The translations under genes were made by a program, and so were the position numbers. From the NCBI GenBank assembly GCA_030141605.1, contig JAQGDQ010000479.1, positions 1-64,000 on the forward strand: DNA of 64,000 nucleotides, written 5' to 3'. This DNA comes from Tubiluchus corallicola (taxonomy: Eukaryota > Animalia > Priapulida). The notes beneath the pieces were generated by a model. The model made no database searches. It saw only the letters and a program-made list of their open reading frames with translations, and was not told where the DNA came from. Of the stretch, positions 52,431 through 64,000 are shown piece after piece. The first letter of the stretch is position 1. Each line of letters begins with the position of its first letter.

Positions 52431-53311
52431 CCATTTGTTACAAGATTGGTATGAAACATATTACCCCTTTGTCTCATATTAATTAGTGTTTTTCAGTGAC
52501 AGATTTCAAAATATGGCGTCCTCATCATTGCAATCAAGACGTCATGTGTGTTTGACATGCTTTTAAAACCAAACTTTGTTGTGTACCACCCCGTGGATTC
52601 GATTTCTTTGTCATTGCAGTAACACCTTGGCTTTAAAGAACTGTTGCTTTTTGTCTAATGTTAATTAGCAAAAAAAGGGTCAGTTAAAGTTGTCAGATCA
52701 GATCACTCTCATCAAAATATTATTTCCAAATTGTTTTAAATACCTAATAATGTTAAAATTAAATTCTTTTACAAATTTTAAAAATTTTCAAATGTTTATA
52801 TTTATCATTTTAATATTTTTAATTTTTATTTTTTTAATCTATGGCACCATCGGATTTACGGTGCACAAAAACAATAATTTGGCCTAGAGGGTAGAAGGAT
52901 ACCGGAAAATAGAAAATGCAGAAATTTACAGTTTAATCTCCTACTAGCAATTTTATCATACAATTATTGATTCAAATATCTCAACATAAAGCACAATGTA
53001 TCTAACAGGATCTTTCGGTTGACATTTGCTTGGGTCTGCTCATTTTTTGGCGGTCCTTTGACTGGTGGTATTTTGTCAATCACTGACTGACTCGGTAACT
53101 AACTGAGCTCAATCATCCTACATTAGCAGGTGCCTTTTGAATTAGCCTACATCTGATAGCCCTCAAAATAATCTTTAAAAATAAACTTTAAGTTAAATTC
53201 ATTTAAAGAATCACGTTTTCTAGTCCAAACAATTCCACGTTCAGCGGGCTGTATCACTGACATGTTTAGTGTTTCATTCCACAAAAAGCAAGCCACTCGT
53301 TATGAAACATT

Positions 53312-53490
53312 TTCCCGGAAGACTTTGCTATATAAGCTACACCTTGATACTCTTATTCTGAGAAAAAGAGTTGTTTACTTGGATCTGTCTCACCCTACCT
53401 CGAGTCTTGGAGAAATCTCCTTTAGACAGAGCGAGTAAAAGAGTAATGGATACTAATGTTTATGTTTATCAATCCCAGAGTGGGATTTTC
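53312..53490 (+). promoter_or_regulatory. Candidate promoter and non-coding first exon of the FReD gene: STAT/GAS site, TATA box, splice donor, kB-like site
   Basis: TTCCCGGAA at 53312-53320, TATATAA at 53329-53335, possible donor GA|gtaaaa at 53435, GGGATTTTC at 53482-53490. An acceptor tttccag lies just before the ATG exon (54257). Confidence 0.45.
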
Positions 53491-54267
53491 TGTATCGAGT
53501 ATAGTAACAGATGTGATTAGTAGTTTTTGTTACTCGTATTAGTTACAGGAGCTTATATATTACCATCGTGAGAAGCGGATCTAAATGTGTTGCCAGCTTA
53601 AAGGACTGGTGTTGCCAGCTTAAGGAACTGGTGTTGCCAGCTTAAGGGACTGATAAAGTCCAAATAAAGCATCTTGTTTTCCAGACTGGAAGACCTATTT
53701 CTGCTGAAGTGTGTCACTTTATAGTTGAAGTAAGTTTTAAGCTGAAGTAAGTATTTCATAAAGTCATTGGTTATCATTAACATTGTAGTTAATATTGGCA
53801 TTTTTTCATATTTTTCTTTTAACAGATGCAATTTAAGCGATTATTTATTGTCAAGTAAACTGTCACTGTATTCATTTAAAGCAACTATAATTGTGGTAAC
53901 GAATGTGATGATAGTGATGATGAAAATGACGATATGAATGATACTGGTTGTGACTGACGATGGTGACGACGATGATGATGATGATGATGGTATTGATGAT
54001 GAGGATCATGCTGATGATGAGGGTGGTGGTGATAATGATTTTATTACGATAGCACAACAGTATTAAGTGTTAAAGATAGTCATACTGCTGGCTTTGCTAA
54101 TGAGGAAAAAGCGAAGACGATGGTCATGTCACTGTATAACCCTGATCAAGGCGTCAACTCGATTTTGTTTATTTTTTATATTTCTGCCTCGATTTTCTAA
54201 ATTCTCATTTGTTATCAAATTTTTGCATTAAACCATTTTTCTTGCTGTTTTTTCCAGATTTGCAAAC

Positions 54268-63975
<9,708 letters not shown>

Positions 63976-64000
63976 CACTGTGAATGTAACCAATGGAGCT

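Noticed and set aside
53588-53650. Three tandem TGTTGCCAGCTTAAGG(A)ACTGG units as a regulatory array
   Set aside because: A short local tandem duplication with no recognisable motif and no independent support.

Overview
AT-rich, intron-containing invertebrate animal genomic DNA (species not determinable; one 37-N gap at 41956-41992). Five protein-coding genes can be reconstructed by hand from GT-AG splice sites with consistent phases. (1) An orphan 8-small-exon type-I membrane protein (minus, 1139-5522), not recovered by the ORF track. (2) DOLPP1, 8 exons (minus, 13725-24440). (3) BRCC3/BRCC36, 2 coding exons (plus, 25005-25986), head-to-head with DOLPP1. (4) A secreted Pro/Thr-rich precursor that starts with a candidate amidated peptide (37307-37966). 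(5) A 792-aa secreted coiled-coil + fibrinogen-domain lectin (54268-63975) with a STAT-site/TATA promoter. A young, near-intact BEL/Pao LTR retrotransposon (about 41953-50168) has a tRNA-Phe primer site, one frameshift in RT and a SAP-like domain at the Gag N-terminus. The rest is dense in MITEs (Kolobok/T2-like, piggyBac-like, hAT-like, pogo/Tc1-like, Harbinger-like), SINE-like elements, decayed LINE fragments, minisatellites and microsatellites. No CRISPR arrays, rRNA genes or convincing tRNA genes were found. All family assignments come from recalled motifs, not database searches.
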